Origin: Enoplolaimus lenunculus
Taxonomy: Eukaryota
Assembly (NCBI GenBank): GCA_030248215.1
Contig: JASANG010003930.1
Span: 496,001-560,000, forward strand
Reading direction: 5' to 3'
Length of the DNA: 64,000 nt
Shown here: piece after piece, positions 38,775-53,100 of the stretch
Layout of the letters: every line of letters starts with the position of its first letter
Position numbering within the stretch: position 1 is the stretch's first letter
Notes under the pieces: model-generated
The model's database searches: none
What the model was told of the DNA's origin: nothing
Seen by the model: the letters and a program-made list of their open reading frames with translations, nothing else
Translations under genes and position numbers: made by a program

Positions 38775-39865
38775 AGAGTGAAAAAGGCTGCGCTCAAAAT
38801 TTCAATTTCCCGGGTAACGTCTGAATTTCCCAAAATCCCCGCTTTCCCGGATAAGACCCTAATTTCCCCACATCAAAATTTTCCAGAGTGAAAATGGTTG
38901 CGCCCAAAATCCCAATTTACCGGATAGCATCCGAATTTCCTAAAATCCCAATTTCCGGGGTAATATCCCAATCCAATTTGCTAAAAAACCCGAGTGAAAA
39001 AGGCTGCGACCAAAATCCCAATTTCCCGATCAATATCTGAATTTCGGAAAATCCCAGTTTCCCACAATCCCGAGCGAAAAAGGCTGCGCGAAAAATCCTA
39101 ACTTTTGGGTAATATCAGAATTTCCTAAATCACAATATTCCAAAATATCTAGCGAAAAAGGCTGCGCCCAAAACCCAATTTCCCGAATAATATCCTAATT
39201 TCCCAAAATCCCAATTTCTCGGGTAATGTCCCAATTTCCCAAAATCCCAAGCAAAACAGGCTGCACAAAAAACCCAATTTTTCGGCTAACGTCCGAATTT
39301 TCCAAATTCCCAATTTCCCGGTAATATCCCAATTTCACAAAATCCCAATTTCTCGGCCCAATTCCCCAAAATCCCAAGCAAAACAGGCTGCACAAAAAAA
39401 CCAATTTTTCGGCTAATGTCCGAATTTCCCAAATTCCCAATTTCCCGGGTAATATCCCAATTTCCCAAAAATCCCAATTTCCCAAAATCCCGAGCGAAAA
39501 AGGCTGCGCTAAAATCCCAATTGCCCGGGTATCCGAATATCCCAAAATCCCAATTTTTCGGGTAATACCGAATTTCCCAAAATCCCAAGTGAAACGGGCT
39601 GCACCCAAAAACTCAATTTTCCGGCTAATATGCCAAATTCCAAAAACACCAAATTCCCAAAATCCCGAGCGAAAAATGCTGCACCCAAAATCTCAATTTC
39701 CTGGCTAAAATAACCGAATTTCCCAAAATTCCAATTTCCAGGTGTAATATCCAAATTTTCCAAAATCTTAATTTCCCAAAACCCCGAGCGGGAAAGGCTA
39801 CGCCCAAAATCCCAATTTTCTGGCTAATATCCGAATTTCCCAAAAACCCAGTTTGCCGGGTATTA
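38775..39865. repeat. Complex satellite built from AATTTCCCAAAATCCC-like units, with a higher-order GAGCGAAAAAGGCTGCGC spacer
   Basis: About 1.1 kb of tandem variant units. Confidence 0.9.
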
Positions 39866-41094
39866 TCCGCGGAATTTGGGAGGGATCTCTTCAGTATATG
39901 GGCCACGGCGAGTATAGCGCAACCCTTAACATCCCAAACAAGACAGTTGACGATTAAAACCCCGTGGCTACGCCCCTGTTTATTATGTATAGTCAGCTGC
40001 CCATCTTAAGTTCGAATTCGACACGTCGTCAATGTCAAATTTATGTTCCTGCAACCAGCTTCTACCAACAGGCAAGTTCCTAACTGTAAAGCATAGTTAA
40101 TAGGCGGGATACTTGACTTTAGTCGACGTAGACTTAAAGTCGAAATCAAATTTCAGGTGTGCAGTTGATTTAAAGTTTAAAATTCAGACATTTTGACAAG
40201 AGAACAGTTCCAATTCCTGTATTCATCCCACAACAAATCAGAACTAGAAGTTTTAATTGAATTAGAGTAGTGTATGTCTGCCACCATCAGCTTTACTGGT
40301 AAGCTAAAAACTTATTGAGGACCTTTGTCTTAGGTCAAATCCGGACCTAAGTCCAATTTCGATTTAAGTCATATTTCTACAACCTAGCCTATATTGACAG
40401 CAGCCGATGATGTTATTGTGGTTCTCGACTTTGGCTATGCAGTGAGATAAATAACTTCACTAGAAAAGCTACATTTATTGAAACATAGACATTTATTTTT
40501 AAGATTGTTCCCTGATTGAAGTCAAAAATTGATTTGAGCCAGAAGAAAAGGTTTAGATGCAATGTGGTTTAAAATTCCTCTTTGCAACCTTTAACAAAGT
40601 ATATTTAGCAGCTTTGGCTCCCAAGCGCGGCACGGAATTAGCTAGGTTTTAGGATCGGACGGAAAGCTGTTAACTTATTGACCACAAAACGTTTACAGTA
40701 GTCATATTTTAGCATACGTTAGTCTGCAACGTATATACATATGTATGTGTTATGTGCATAATGCATGTGTATGTATTAACTATTATAATGAAAATAAATT
40801 TTAGTCCAGTCAATAAAGTGCCGCTGAAAATTGCACACAGAACTTGCGTTTTTTCATTAGCAATGAGAAAGTGGCTGCAATAAATTCAGTGAAATTGCAT
40901 GGTTATTCACACATGGGAACTAAATTCCTAGCTTAATTTTTACTGAATTACTTGCAGCTGCAAGTTTTGCGAACGGGATTTTGGGCAAAACTTGCAAGTG
41001 CTAGTTGCAGCTGCAAGTTCTCGCTGCAAAAGCTTGCACGTGTGAATAGGGCTTAAATTTTATAATACTCAATTCGGTATATAATTTTGACTAG

Positions 41095-41150
41095 ATGTAT
41101 TACTCTTATGATATTTTAGCCCGGCCCAGTGGCAGGTTTTCAATCGTTTG
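41095..41150 (+). CDS. rec-8: rec8-like exon 1
   Basis: MYYSYDILARPSGRFSIV(W); donor GTGAGT. Confidence 0.85.
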
Positions 41151-44100
41151 GTGAGTAATGTGGATTCAACGCTGTACACCAAGATGGCAACTGGAACTGA
41201 TATTTTCCGGAACAGGAAGGGGAATTGCAAAATTCCACGAATAGGATCCGGAATTCAAATTAATGAATTATGCACTTTAATGAAAATAGGAATCAGCAAA
41301 ATAGCCTGAATTGTATGTAAACAAAATAGCACATAGAGATACCAAGATCGTCCACAGTCCGACCAAAAGTACCACTTCCGGTTTAGGTTTTGCAGGTTCT
41401 TGTTTTATTTAGCCACGCAAAAATATCTTAATCAGGCCCCAGTTTACATGTCAACACACTGTTGGAATTACACGGTCTGTACGACCCCTGTTTGAAATTT
41501 TGACCCCAAAGTTAAGGACCACGCCAAGAATCAACCTCGGCGCTCGGCCCTCTAAACTTTCCAGCCGCAACATTAACATTACCCACTCAGAAATTTCTCA
41601 CGGTTGCGAACCGGCAATCCTGCTGATGCCCCCAATCCGTCGTGACCAAGCGAATGCCAGAGTCCAGACCCCGGTGAAAAATCCGGCCCCGAGGCGCGAG
41701 GCATTCCTAATACCACGAACGGTTCACATGAATGAAAGTTTATATTTTGTCGATTCTTGCAAACTTTAGTGTGTTTAGGCTGGCTGCAACGTCGGGACGG
41801 CTAATGAAAAAGAATCAAATACAGATGGTTGATATCGTGAAAACATGGTACTTGGATCATTCACTTATTTATTTACTCATTCATTGACACACTAGTGTTT
41901 AACACTTGATATTAAATATGGATCTTGTTAGAAATTATGAATACAAATTTTTTGTTGATTTCGTTATTTTTCGTTAGCGTTTGTGGTTAATCTAGAAGAC
42001 TGCATGATTCATCCGGTATTGTTAAACATAAAATTGAAATGCGCGGTATTGTTGTTTTTCAGTTTGAATTTGGATTTGTGTCTGCACAAATTCGAACAAA
42101 GACGTGTAGTGCTTGCTACGTTTATAATACATTAGGGTTAGGGATCTGTCGAGTAATATTGGCGTAAGCATCGGTAGTATCGGCACATTCTGTAACTATT
42201 GGCATCGACTGCAAAAAACGTCGTTTATTTGTCGATGATGCCTTTGGAGCTTAACCGTGAGCTGGAATGCTATTACTTTCACTTGTCGGCGCGTGGCTTG
42301 GTCGTGTATCTCATGAAAATTATAATCGTTTATGGTGTTTAGTGTTAGGTCTTAGCGTTTACAATGATTGTATGTAATGCATGTAGTACCGTAAACTAAG
42401 CATCGTGTGCTAAAATTGACATCGGCAAAATTTCAAATTGAGAATGGTCATGGACAAAAATTTTGGTATCGGGCAAAAATTTTGGTATCGGATCGGCACA
42501 TCACTAATATGTAACGAAAGCGTACGAGTCAGGGTAGCAACAAATGTTCAGATACGGCAAAAATTTGTGATTCGGATTTTGTTCGGCAATATGTTTTTTA
42601 GTTTTAAACAGTAAAAATTTTAAATAGCTGGTTAGTTAATAAAGATTTTTGTATCAGGACTCAAATCTCAAAACTGAGGCGGGGCAGGAAATATATTAAT
42701 GTAACGTTTAAAAGTTATGCGGCTCGCATTGCGTTGATATTCTGAAACAAATTATATAGAGATATATAACTAAAATTTGCCAGATGCAGGATTCGGATTC
42801 GGCAAGTTAGCAATGGATTCGGTTTCGGTCACATCGTGGATTCGATGCCATCCTGTTACGACTTCATTTGTAGTTAATTTCTGTTTTGTAGTGCGGAGAT
42901 TTTGGAGCACATTTTGAATGCTGGTACAATGCATGGACCTACTAGACAACGTACTATACCATTTTCGCTCTATCTGTCGAGTCAATTGATGTATGGCACA
43001 GTATTCGTATATCAGAAGAAAGTTCAGTATATTATGGGTACGCGCGATGAGGGATCAAAATCATGTCTCGATTAGCAGGCTTCTTTAAGGTGAAACTACA
43101 TGCACCTGGTATTACACTCTGACCCCGTATATAACTTCAGGGGGTCGACAAATCGTGTTTTGGATCAAGTGCATATTAAGTTTATGTTTCGTTGTTTCTA
43201 GAAATGTGATTTTTAAAAAGTTTTAATAGCTCGCTGATTTAAACATCTTTTATAGGCTCTGTAAGGTTGCAGTTGTACGATGTTCCTAAGCTATTGTTCA
43301 AACCTGATAAATAGGTGTGGTTGATGAACCGCAGTTAGCGAAGTGTGGTTCCTCCAGCTGGAACGTTCCGTGGGTTTTGAAATTTTTTGTGGTGCTTGGC
43401 TCTGATTTTATGACTATTCCCCAAGTAATTCTCAGCGTCAAGTCTCAAATTTGTTTTATTTTATAATCGTTGTTTAAAGGTATAACTGATTTTTTAATTC
43501 ATTTTCCAACGGACTCGTTACAACATAAAGCTGTGCCTGTATGCCCCAAAATAGGGAAAGTGCACTACAGTACAAAGGGACAAAAAAATCAGTCTATGTG
43601 TTTCTCCAAGATTTAAAATATGTACCTCAAACTGTAAGCAGTATGTTTTCGGAAGATGATAACTTTTGTGTTTCATCGAAATTTTTTGGTCCATCTCTTG
43701 TTAAGTCGGTTTAAAATTGTACTAAGTACGTATATATAAAATAAAAACTAATGAAGACTGGAACATAAAGCATTCATGTGAGATGTGCTTAAAGTGGAAA
43801 AGTCCCGTTTCCTCTTTCGGCCTTTAGCAAATGATCATTCCGTCCCATCCATAGTGTCTAATTGTGCATTTTCTTAGATGACTATAAACAAATGGTGGTT
43901 CACCTAAGTCGTCAACAAGCAGTGCTAGTCTCGGCAATACCACTTGATGAAATCACAACACAACAGTTAAAGACTGGTTATCTTCGTGATGGAACTGACG
44001 CTATTGATCTTGCGCCTGCAAGTAAACCCCGCTCTATTTCGAAACGTCGTATTACCGACACGCAATTCGTACATGATGTCGATTTTGATCTACTTTCTGC

Positions 44101-47100
44101 TACCGACCAGCAAGTGTACTTTGATCCTGATGTGGTTAGTCTAGGGATCGACCAGATATCCAGTTCCGGCTTAATATCCGGCAAAAAATTGACATCCGCA
44201 TGCGTTTCGGTATACGGTATAAACCTACCGGATACCGGATATTTGCGGTTGCGCTTCCGAATATCGTAAAACTGTTTTTTACATAATATGAAAAACTAGA
44301 TATTTTGCAGCGCATGCAATTCCTGGCAAGTCCAGAGTGGACACCCAAGCCAAAAATTAATCTTAAACACACAAATACATATTTTTGCACGACTCAAATA
44401 CAGGGATGGGTTTTCTCGGGATTTGGCTTGTGTCGGTCTTGCTTTTTTGCTTTTCTTGAGTCTATATTGTTTGCAAATTGAGACGAAACAGGTGAAAAAG
44501 CTATAAACAAATGCTATTAGCAAAGCTAGTTTGAGTTAGTTTACGTTTCAGCTTAGGCTATGGGGTTTGGAAGTATACACGTAAATAAAATTGTACAGAA
44601 CAAGCAAAGTGAATGAGCAGTTTGCAGAATTAATCATTGAGTAATGTTTTCATTTATATTGGAACTGACGGTTGCATATATTCCGCTTAAGTTCATTTTC
44701 ATATGTGCGTAACTGTGTTATAATTGGAGCTGGAGATAGTTCCCTTGTTTCACCAATCCTATGTGATGAATATAGCTGGCTTTTCCACAGCTTGAAAATT
44801 TCCGCCGGGGGCGTTTCCTGGGGGGCAGCTAATTTTGCTGGGGGCAGTTTTCCTGGGGGGCCCCAGATGATCTGGGGGGTCCTGGGGGTCAGGCTCAAAA
44901 TTTTGCAAGCCGACTTTTTGGACCATTTTATATTCTAGATCGTATTTCCAACTCAACTGAAGAACACTCATCGCTCAACATGACAAAAATTCCCCGCAAA
45001 CGCTAATAACAATAATTTTAACTAATATTACTGACAACTTTACCAGAAGTTGAAAGAAGCACAATTATATAAAATATAGATAATCTATAATTGAAACTGT
45101 GATTAACATATATTTTATATATTAGTCACAGCTTCAGTTTATCATAAGGCTCAGGCGGGTTGAACTTGTTGCTGCAAGGTACTTTTGAATGCTGTATGCC
45201 CTGAAACGGTCTTTATATAATTGTGCTTTTTTCAGTTCATTATTGAATTGTACTAGTTACTACCGGTATTTGTAACGCTATTAAAAAATTATGAGTACTC
45301 AGCGTAATATAAAATCACATTTTGCCGAATGTCCGCCTCAAAAAAGTCCAGGTCTTTTTGTTTTAACATTGAAAATTTTTGGCTTAGAAAAGTCCTGGGG
45401 TCTCCCCAGCAAAAAATTTGCTGGGGGGCATTTTGCTGGGGGGCGGCCGAAAATTTGCCGGGGGGCCTTTCCTGGGGGCGGCAAAATTTTCGCCGGGGGG
45501 GAAATGAAAATTTCGAAAAGTGCTGGGCCCCCCGCCCCCCCCCACCGCTGTGGAGAAGCCAGATATTTGCAGACAATACATATGACTTAGGTTGGTTTTA
45601 TTGTAACTACAATGAGTAAAAATGTTCAGGTAGTAATAGACAGTGTACATGTCGTAGCCCAAACCGTAATTTAGCTCAATTTCGAGTCGGGCTGATCTAG
45701 GGCGTAATTACGACATGGACTAGACCACAGCATATGAATACTCTTTCCTGATTGGCTAAGTGATCACCGCCAGTTGGTTACCGAACAGTTTGTTTTTCTG
45801 AGCAAAGTAAATCAAGCTGGTTTAAGACTATCAAGTAGCAAGCCAGAAAACGCACAGTTTAATCAGACATGATTCCGCCTTGGGCTAGCCCAAGTTGTAA
45901 TTCCGCTTTGGACTAGCCCAATTCGGAATTGGACTGAATTACGACTTGGGCTACGATATATTAACGCGTTTTGAGAACGAATCTTTGTGTAACTCAGGGT
46001 GCAAATTTTGTGACTATAAGGTTAAATTGTATTTAGAGTTGCATCCGGGTCCGGATATTCCAGTTATTCCGGGTATTTTCGCCGAAAAATTTGCGGGTCT
46101 GGGTTTTCGCTTCAAGAAATTCTGGGTCCGGGTTTTTGCAACAAATCATTCCGGGTCCCGATATTACAAAAATACCCGGAATAAAATTTATTAGCTTAGT
46201 GATTTTAACATCCTGCGCCTGCATTCTGAATATTAACTGTATCGTACCTTGGAATGGACATGACATGTCTCATTTTAAGTCATTAATTCGACATTTTACT
46301 TACGCTTAGTATCTTTGATGTAAGTCAAAGATTGCTTGGTAAATGATTGCTACAATGTTCAGGAACCTGTTGAGAACGTTAGGCTCTAGCCTTAGCTGTT
46401 TAAAAAACGAGGATCATGTGCAGTTTGAAAATAAATCCGGGTACGGTTTTGCATTTAATTCCTGGTTGGGGGTTTTCTTCCTGAAAAATGCGGGTCCGGG
46501 TTTTTGTTTTTCTTCCAGAAAAATCCGGGTCCGGGTTTTTCTCCAGAAAAATCCGGATCCGGGTTTTTCTTCCAGAAAAATCCAGGTCTAGGTACGTTTT
46601 TATTTTTAAATGTTGCAACTCTACTTTTATTAACAAGTATAATATAGATTTTGGGTGTCTTTTTGGCTGTTAACAGTTCTCAAAAACGTGCATGAACAAA
46701 TTGGCAGTTTTTTTCTGTTTCTGTAGAACTATATAATTGCAATCAATCATTGTTATTTTCGAAATAAACCGATAGTTTTTTATGTTTGGATGTTGGGATC
46801 GAGTCGAGAGAATTTTTATACAATATACCACATCACGCAGAATTAAAATTAAAATGCCAAATTTTTGATTCCGATTGTTTGTTCAATCGGAATCAGAATT
46901 AGAGCTCGTTTTGAATTGGAATTCAAATCGGATTTGAAATTCCAATCGCACCCTGCACGTGAACATGACTAGTAATTTAATAATATAATGTATCGTTATT
47001 GCAGGAATATTGGACCATGCATTCAATATTGTCTCCAGGATTGCCAAGTAAGTAGCTCACTCTGCCGGCTTTCTAGCAATTTGTGGACATCGTCGTAGGC

Positions 47101-50100
47101 GCCCACTGAGGAACTTTGCGGTTTGTGGCGGACTCAAAGTATATAATAAGTCAGGTTGTAATACTTGAATTGCGACTTTTATTTCAGTATTTGGAACCAG
47201 TTTTTTTACGAATATTGGGATAGACTTAGGTGAAACGTCCACTAGCTTAGGTTAGGTGAGGAAAAATTAAATGCACTCTTGCTCGGAAAATAAATCCGGG
47301 TCTGGGTTTGCATTCTTAAAAATTCCGGGTCCGGGTTTTTCTTCCAGAAAAATCTGGGTCCTGGTCAGGTAATTATTTTTAAATGTTGCAACTGTACACT
47401 CAGGAAATACACGTCGTGCATGGTAAATACTTTATACAGGGACAGTGTATTTTTATGTTTGTTGTATGTAGGTAGGCAGGGATGTGCCGATTAGCGGCAC
47501 TTTTCGTGAGTATCGGCAGTCGGCACTGCAGAAAAATGCCAATTCTTCGTCAACACTATTTTTTGCGCATAGCAATGATTTTGAATGCTATCAGTTTCAC
47601 GTGCTGTCAAGGTTTGCATACTATACTAATGAAATATATTTAATTTTTATCGTCATTTTTTAGTAAAATATCTTAATTTCTGCTGACCAAATTTTAATAC
47701 AGGAATTTTTAAGTCCGGTAAAAATTTACCGTAACCGAAAGGTGAAAAAATTCCGAAACGGAACCGGAATTCCGGTTGCAACCAGAACAGGAGCATTTTC
47801 AGCTATTTCATGATCAAGTTTTACGAAAACTCACAGAATCTGTTTATTAACAAAGTTGAAATAATTGCAAAAACACTCATTTGGAAATACCAATTTGTCA
47901 AAAACAAGTTTTGAATATATAAATGATTCTGAATAATAATTGGCTACAAAAACAGGAACAGGAATTGATTTTGTCAGGAAATCCGGTAAAAGCTCGCGCG
48001 ATGCATTAAGAACAAATAAGATAAACATGTTATTATAAATGCGAAGGCTTATTTAATCCCTAGCAATCTTAAAACATTACATAATTTTATGAGAACGGTC
48101 GTTTCAATATATACATTATATCCAGTTGTTTTTACCATGTTTGGTTTGCTCAATTGGTTGAAAATTACCAAAAATTTGTTCAGTTTTAGCGAACGATTCG
48201 TTAAGAAATGAACAAATTTTCGCTAAAACATAAATAAGCGAAATTTAACATTTTGAACGACGAAAACTCATGAAAAATGCATTTAATCATCAATTGCCTT
48301 ATTGCGATATTCACTCATCCATAATGTGTACGAAAGCTCTGAATAGTTTATTGATTTGCTTGCAGTGGCGCATCGAACAGTAGGTAGTTTTGTCCATAGT
48401 GCGCGCCGCTGATAACTTTGATATGTGGTTCGTTTAGTAACAGTGGACCACATCAGTGATAACGTGATATATTTGCACTATTATTGGATCGGTTCTCCAA
48501 CGGTGTAAGAAAGTTTTGCGGTACTCAATTACTTTCAACAGTGCTCACTGCTCATATTTACGTTTAATATCGGGTTCCAGTAAAAAATTCAATATCCAGT
48601 TCGGACCCACAATACATGTCACACATTTTTCCATTTTTGTTTTTGCGGATGTCTGATTTCACTTCGATGAATCTCCGAACTTTGAACTAGCCCATTACTT
48701 GCCCTTTTGTTTTTCCAAGTAAATGTCATCCGTGTTTCTTTTAATATTCGGTTTCGGTAAAAAACTCAATATCCGGTAACCGCTTCCGAAATCCGAAAAA
48801 TTAGTGTCATTCGGTCGTACCCTGCTTGTGTCTAATTTCTTCATACTTGTTTTTGTGGTTTTTCGTTTGAATTCCATTGCGTGCCCATGTTTTTAAGTAA
48901 ACGTCATGCGTGATATGTTCGACCATTTTAAACTTACCGTTCATTTTTGAGCATTTTTTGACAATATTCGCAAAAAACCAACACACATGAGTTTACTACT
49001 GCACATAGTAGTAGAAGCTATTGAGTTTACTCTTTTCGAACTTTCTGGACGATTCTCAATAAATTTACTTAACAGATAAAACTTATGTTTCTTCGGTGTT
49101 TTGGAAAAACTTTCCAATCAATCTTGTTTTTATAGCTATATATAACGGGAAAAGGCGGTGGTTGTGACGTCTCCAATATAAATAGTTGCCACCATCAAGT
49201 AAAATTTCGACATGAACAGACTGAGAGCATTGGCTAAACACTATGCTATTTATGTCCTCAATTGGTTTTACGGTCATCTCGAAAATCGTGTGTTCATTTT
49301 TAGCGAATGTTTTGTTGTGACCATTTTTAGCGAAGGTGACTATATCCTCATTTTAGGTAACATTTATCTCTGACATCTCCGTCTTTATTTTTTATGAGTG
49401 TCCTTAGGCTGAATGTTGGAGAAACCAACCTGGTGCGTGGTTCCACCAGCTTCAACCTACGGACATTTTTATAAGTTGCTGTACATGTACACATATGTTC
49501 GAAACTTTCACTATACAATATTTACTTCTGGGATCATTAAGGACATTCAAGGAGAGTGGGAGTAGTAATCTGTTTTAGGCGAAAGTTCAAGTGATAATAT
49601 ATTGCAACGGTCATTATCAATGCCAAATGATTTTAGTCGGCACGTTGTTCCCCGAGATACAATTACACTTCGGGACGAAATGGTCGACAGTCGACGAAGC
49701 CTAGATTTCCAGATTCAGGTCAGGCACCGAAACTGGGGATGTGCCGAATAATTGGCATCGGTAATATCGGCATTTTTTGTGTGTATCAGCATCGGCACTG
49801 CAAATTAATTACTGATACTTTTTGCAGCTAGCAATGTGTTAGAATGCTATCAATTTTACTTTCATTGGAAGGAAACATTCTCATAAATTTATAACTGCGT
49901 GTGGTTGTTAGGGTTTTGCCTTCACGTTTATAACGGTGTAATGTAGCATCCTAACAGTTGTTTAAGCATCATGTATTAAAATTGGAATCCGCATCGATAT
50001 CTGCATCAGGACATCAGTAGCAGAAACTTACTTTCACAACACGTTGACGAGAGTTTGTGCTGAATTAAAATTATGCAACCTAACCTGGAATTTCGTATTA

Positions 50101-53100
50101 GCTAGCATCAAATTTCAATACCTATTTGTCAAACAGGTTTGTATGCAGTGTTTAAATTCCGAGTTCAAAGAGTTTTTGTTGGATTCCTTATTTATCGTGC
50201 ACGATACCTAGCGTTGTGCTTTCACTGACTTATTTTAGAATTAAGAAATAATTGTTAAAGCTTTTAAATTTAACTATTGAAACAGATTCAGCTAAATAAC
50301 ATAATTTACCGGAGTCATATATAGTAACTTTTTACCTGAAACGGGATGTCAATTGGATAGTATTTCGAAATTTTGATGAAGCTCTTAAAGATAATTCTTT
50401 GACATTGATAACAGTTTAGTATTTCAGGGCGATGAATTGGAACCTGTTTTAGACAACTTTGAGTAAGTATATCATGCATTTGCAAATTTTTGATCTATCC
50501 ATTGTTTGTTTCAAAATACTAACGGAACGCCAGCCGCATAATTTTTAAAAGTTGATACTTGCCCTGTCTGGCCTGTCTTCTGAGATTTGTGACCTGAAAC
50601 AAAAAACTAATTGATTTATAATATTAAAACTTATTTAAAATTTTTATTGTTTAGAATATGTAAAACATCCGGTTTCGTTAACTTTGTTCAGTCCAGCTTT
50701 GGATCCGGTATCCGTTAACACGTGGCGTCTGCTCATCAGGGAAAACAGCGAGTTTTGCTATTTCGTCAGGGAAATCAGAGAAAACAGGAAAAAATAGGCC
50801 GATTAAGGGGAAAACTTGTCCATTTTCAAAACGAACGTAACTGTTTCAGGGAATGTGTTAAAACGATACCGACTAATGCATGGTTTATCTATAGTCTTTC
50901 GAAGCAACGTTTGTTCTTTACAAAAGGGCGTCATATCTGATAACTGGCTATTGTTATTAGGACGAATCTGCAACACAATACAAATACATTAGATTTTTTG
51001 CGCGTAAGCTTTTTTGCCTGTGATAGGTTTTGGATTAGCCTTTTTAATCCTAGGTGATCTTTCGAATGACGTAGCAGAAGTTTTGCTAGTAGGATAACTT
51101 GTCAGTCGGTATTCCGGCTTATGCCTGAAAAATCCTGCATATTGTGTTGTGTTTCAGATTTGTAAATATCTCAAATTAAATCATCTTAGTCTGGCTTCTC
51201 CACAGCTTGAAAATTTCCGCCGGGGGCGTTTCCTGGGGGGCCCCCAGGAGTTTCCTGGGGGGCAGCTGATTTTGCTGGGGGGCAGTTTTCCTGGGGGGCA
51301 GGCTTAAAATTTTGCAAACCGACTTTTTGGACCATTTTTTTCATTCTAGACCCTGTTTCCAACACAACGTAAGATTACTCATATTACGTATATACTGACA
51401 ACTTAACCAGAAGTTGAAAGAAGCACAATTATATAAAATATAGATAATCTATAATTGAAACTGTGATTAATATATATTTTGTATATTAGTCACAGCTTCA
51501 ATTTATCATAAGGCTCAGGCGGGTTGAATTTGTTGCTGCACGGTACTTTCGAATGCTGTATGCCCTGAAACGGTCTTTATATAATTGTGCTTTTTCAGTT
51601 CATTATTGAATTGTATTAGTTACTACGGGTATTTGTAACGCTATTAAAAATTATGAGTACTCAGCGTAATATAAAATCATGTTCTGCCGAATGACCGCCT
51701 CAAAAGAAGTCCAGGTCTTTACGTTTTAACATTGAAAATTTTTGACCTAGAAAAGTCCTGGGGGCCCCCAGCAAAAAATTGGTGGGGGGCGGCCGAAAAT
51801 TCGCCGGGGGGCCTTTCCTGGGGGCGGCAAAATTTTCGCCGGGGGAGGGGGAAATGAAAATTTCGAAAACTGCTGGCCCTTCCGCCTCCCCGCTGTGGAG
51901 AAGCCAGTTAGTAACACAGCCCTGCAATGTCGTTGAAATATCATGTTGTAATTAATAACGCTTGGACTGGCAGCGCTTTGTATCCGGAATTTTCGCAGTG
52001 GGTGTGTGCTTTCCCAAAAGATCAACACTGTTACATACTTGTAAACAGGTTTTTCAGCCAGAGAAAAAGTTCCTATTTCTACAAAAAATCAGGGAAAAAT
52101 GGAATATTTATCAGGGAAATCAGGGAAAATTGTTCTCAAAATTCCGTGGACTCCCTGTAGTTTAAAACATCAATATCTCCTCGATCCCTGGGGTGAAGTT
52201 TATATTTTGTGTCGTGGTGCTGTGAGCACTAATATTCTTTCATTTTCTCTCAGGCCTGATTGGTGTTAGCGGTGAAATTGATTGTCGTTAGCATCTTTTG
52301 AAAGATTGAATAAGTTACACCTAGATTATAGTTTCCCTAAATAATACATTACACGCACAACTCTCTTGCACGTTTTCGAGAAAGTGAGGAATCCGAGCAA
52401 CCGCTTATTGGTTTGGTTATGGCAAAATATTTTCGCAGTGTTGGGAACATCCTGTTGTATTTAATATATTTACCTCTCGTAAAACCTTATTTAATTAAAG
52501 CGATCAAATAAAACGACTCCTGTCGGCAGAAATTGAACAACCAGCTGGAATTGCTACTACTGCCGTGCAAGCTGAAGTGGATAATAACGCTAGCGCTGAA
52601 TATGTTCGAGGCGGAATAGTTCCTGGAGAGTCAACTATATTATTTGATGCATCGAGTACTTTGGAACAGCATCGACGTGATTCAGCTGAAGACATAGCTC
52701 TCTTCCAGTCAACATTACGAGTTCCTCCTTATAGTGATTGTGGTATGCAACAGAGACCAATTGTAATATCTACTGAACCAACTAGCCGTGCGGTTGGCGA
52801 AGAAGCTATGTTGCAAGGGCTTGAGGTACATACGATTAACGTGATGTGCATGCAGCAGTGCTCACGCTATTATTTTATTTACAAACAGTGCTACTGCCGT
52901 ATAGCTTACGTAACCAACTCGTTTAGTAGATGCGACAACGCATTCGAATAAAATCGAAGCATATATTATTTAAAATAAATTTTGCGATGCAATATGAAAC
53001 TCGTCTTGGTACTAAAATTATTACTTTAAACCGGCTACTAACACTCTAGGTAGGTTCATTGTTATCATAGCGGAAATTTTGCGTATGCGAAACCTTGTAT

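Noticed and set aside
39195..39906. ORFs with GILG/WDF repeats
   Set aside because: Translations of the satellite.
44650..46673. Several Pro/Gly-rich short ORFs as transposase fragments
   Set aside because: They arise from G/C-run subterminal repeats of non-autonomous elements; no DDE or Rep/helicase motifs were seen.
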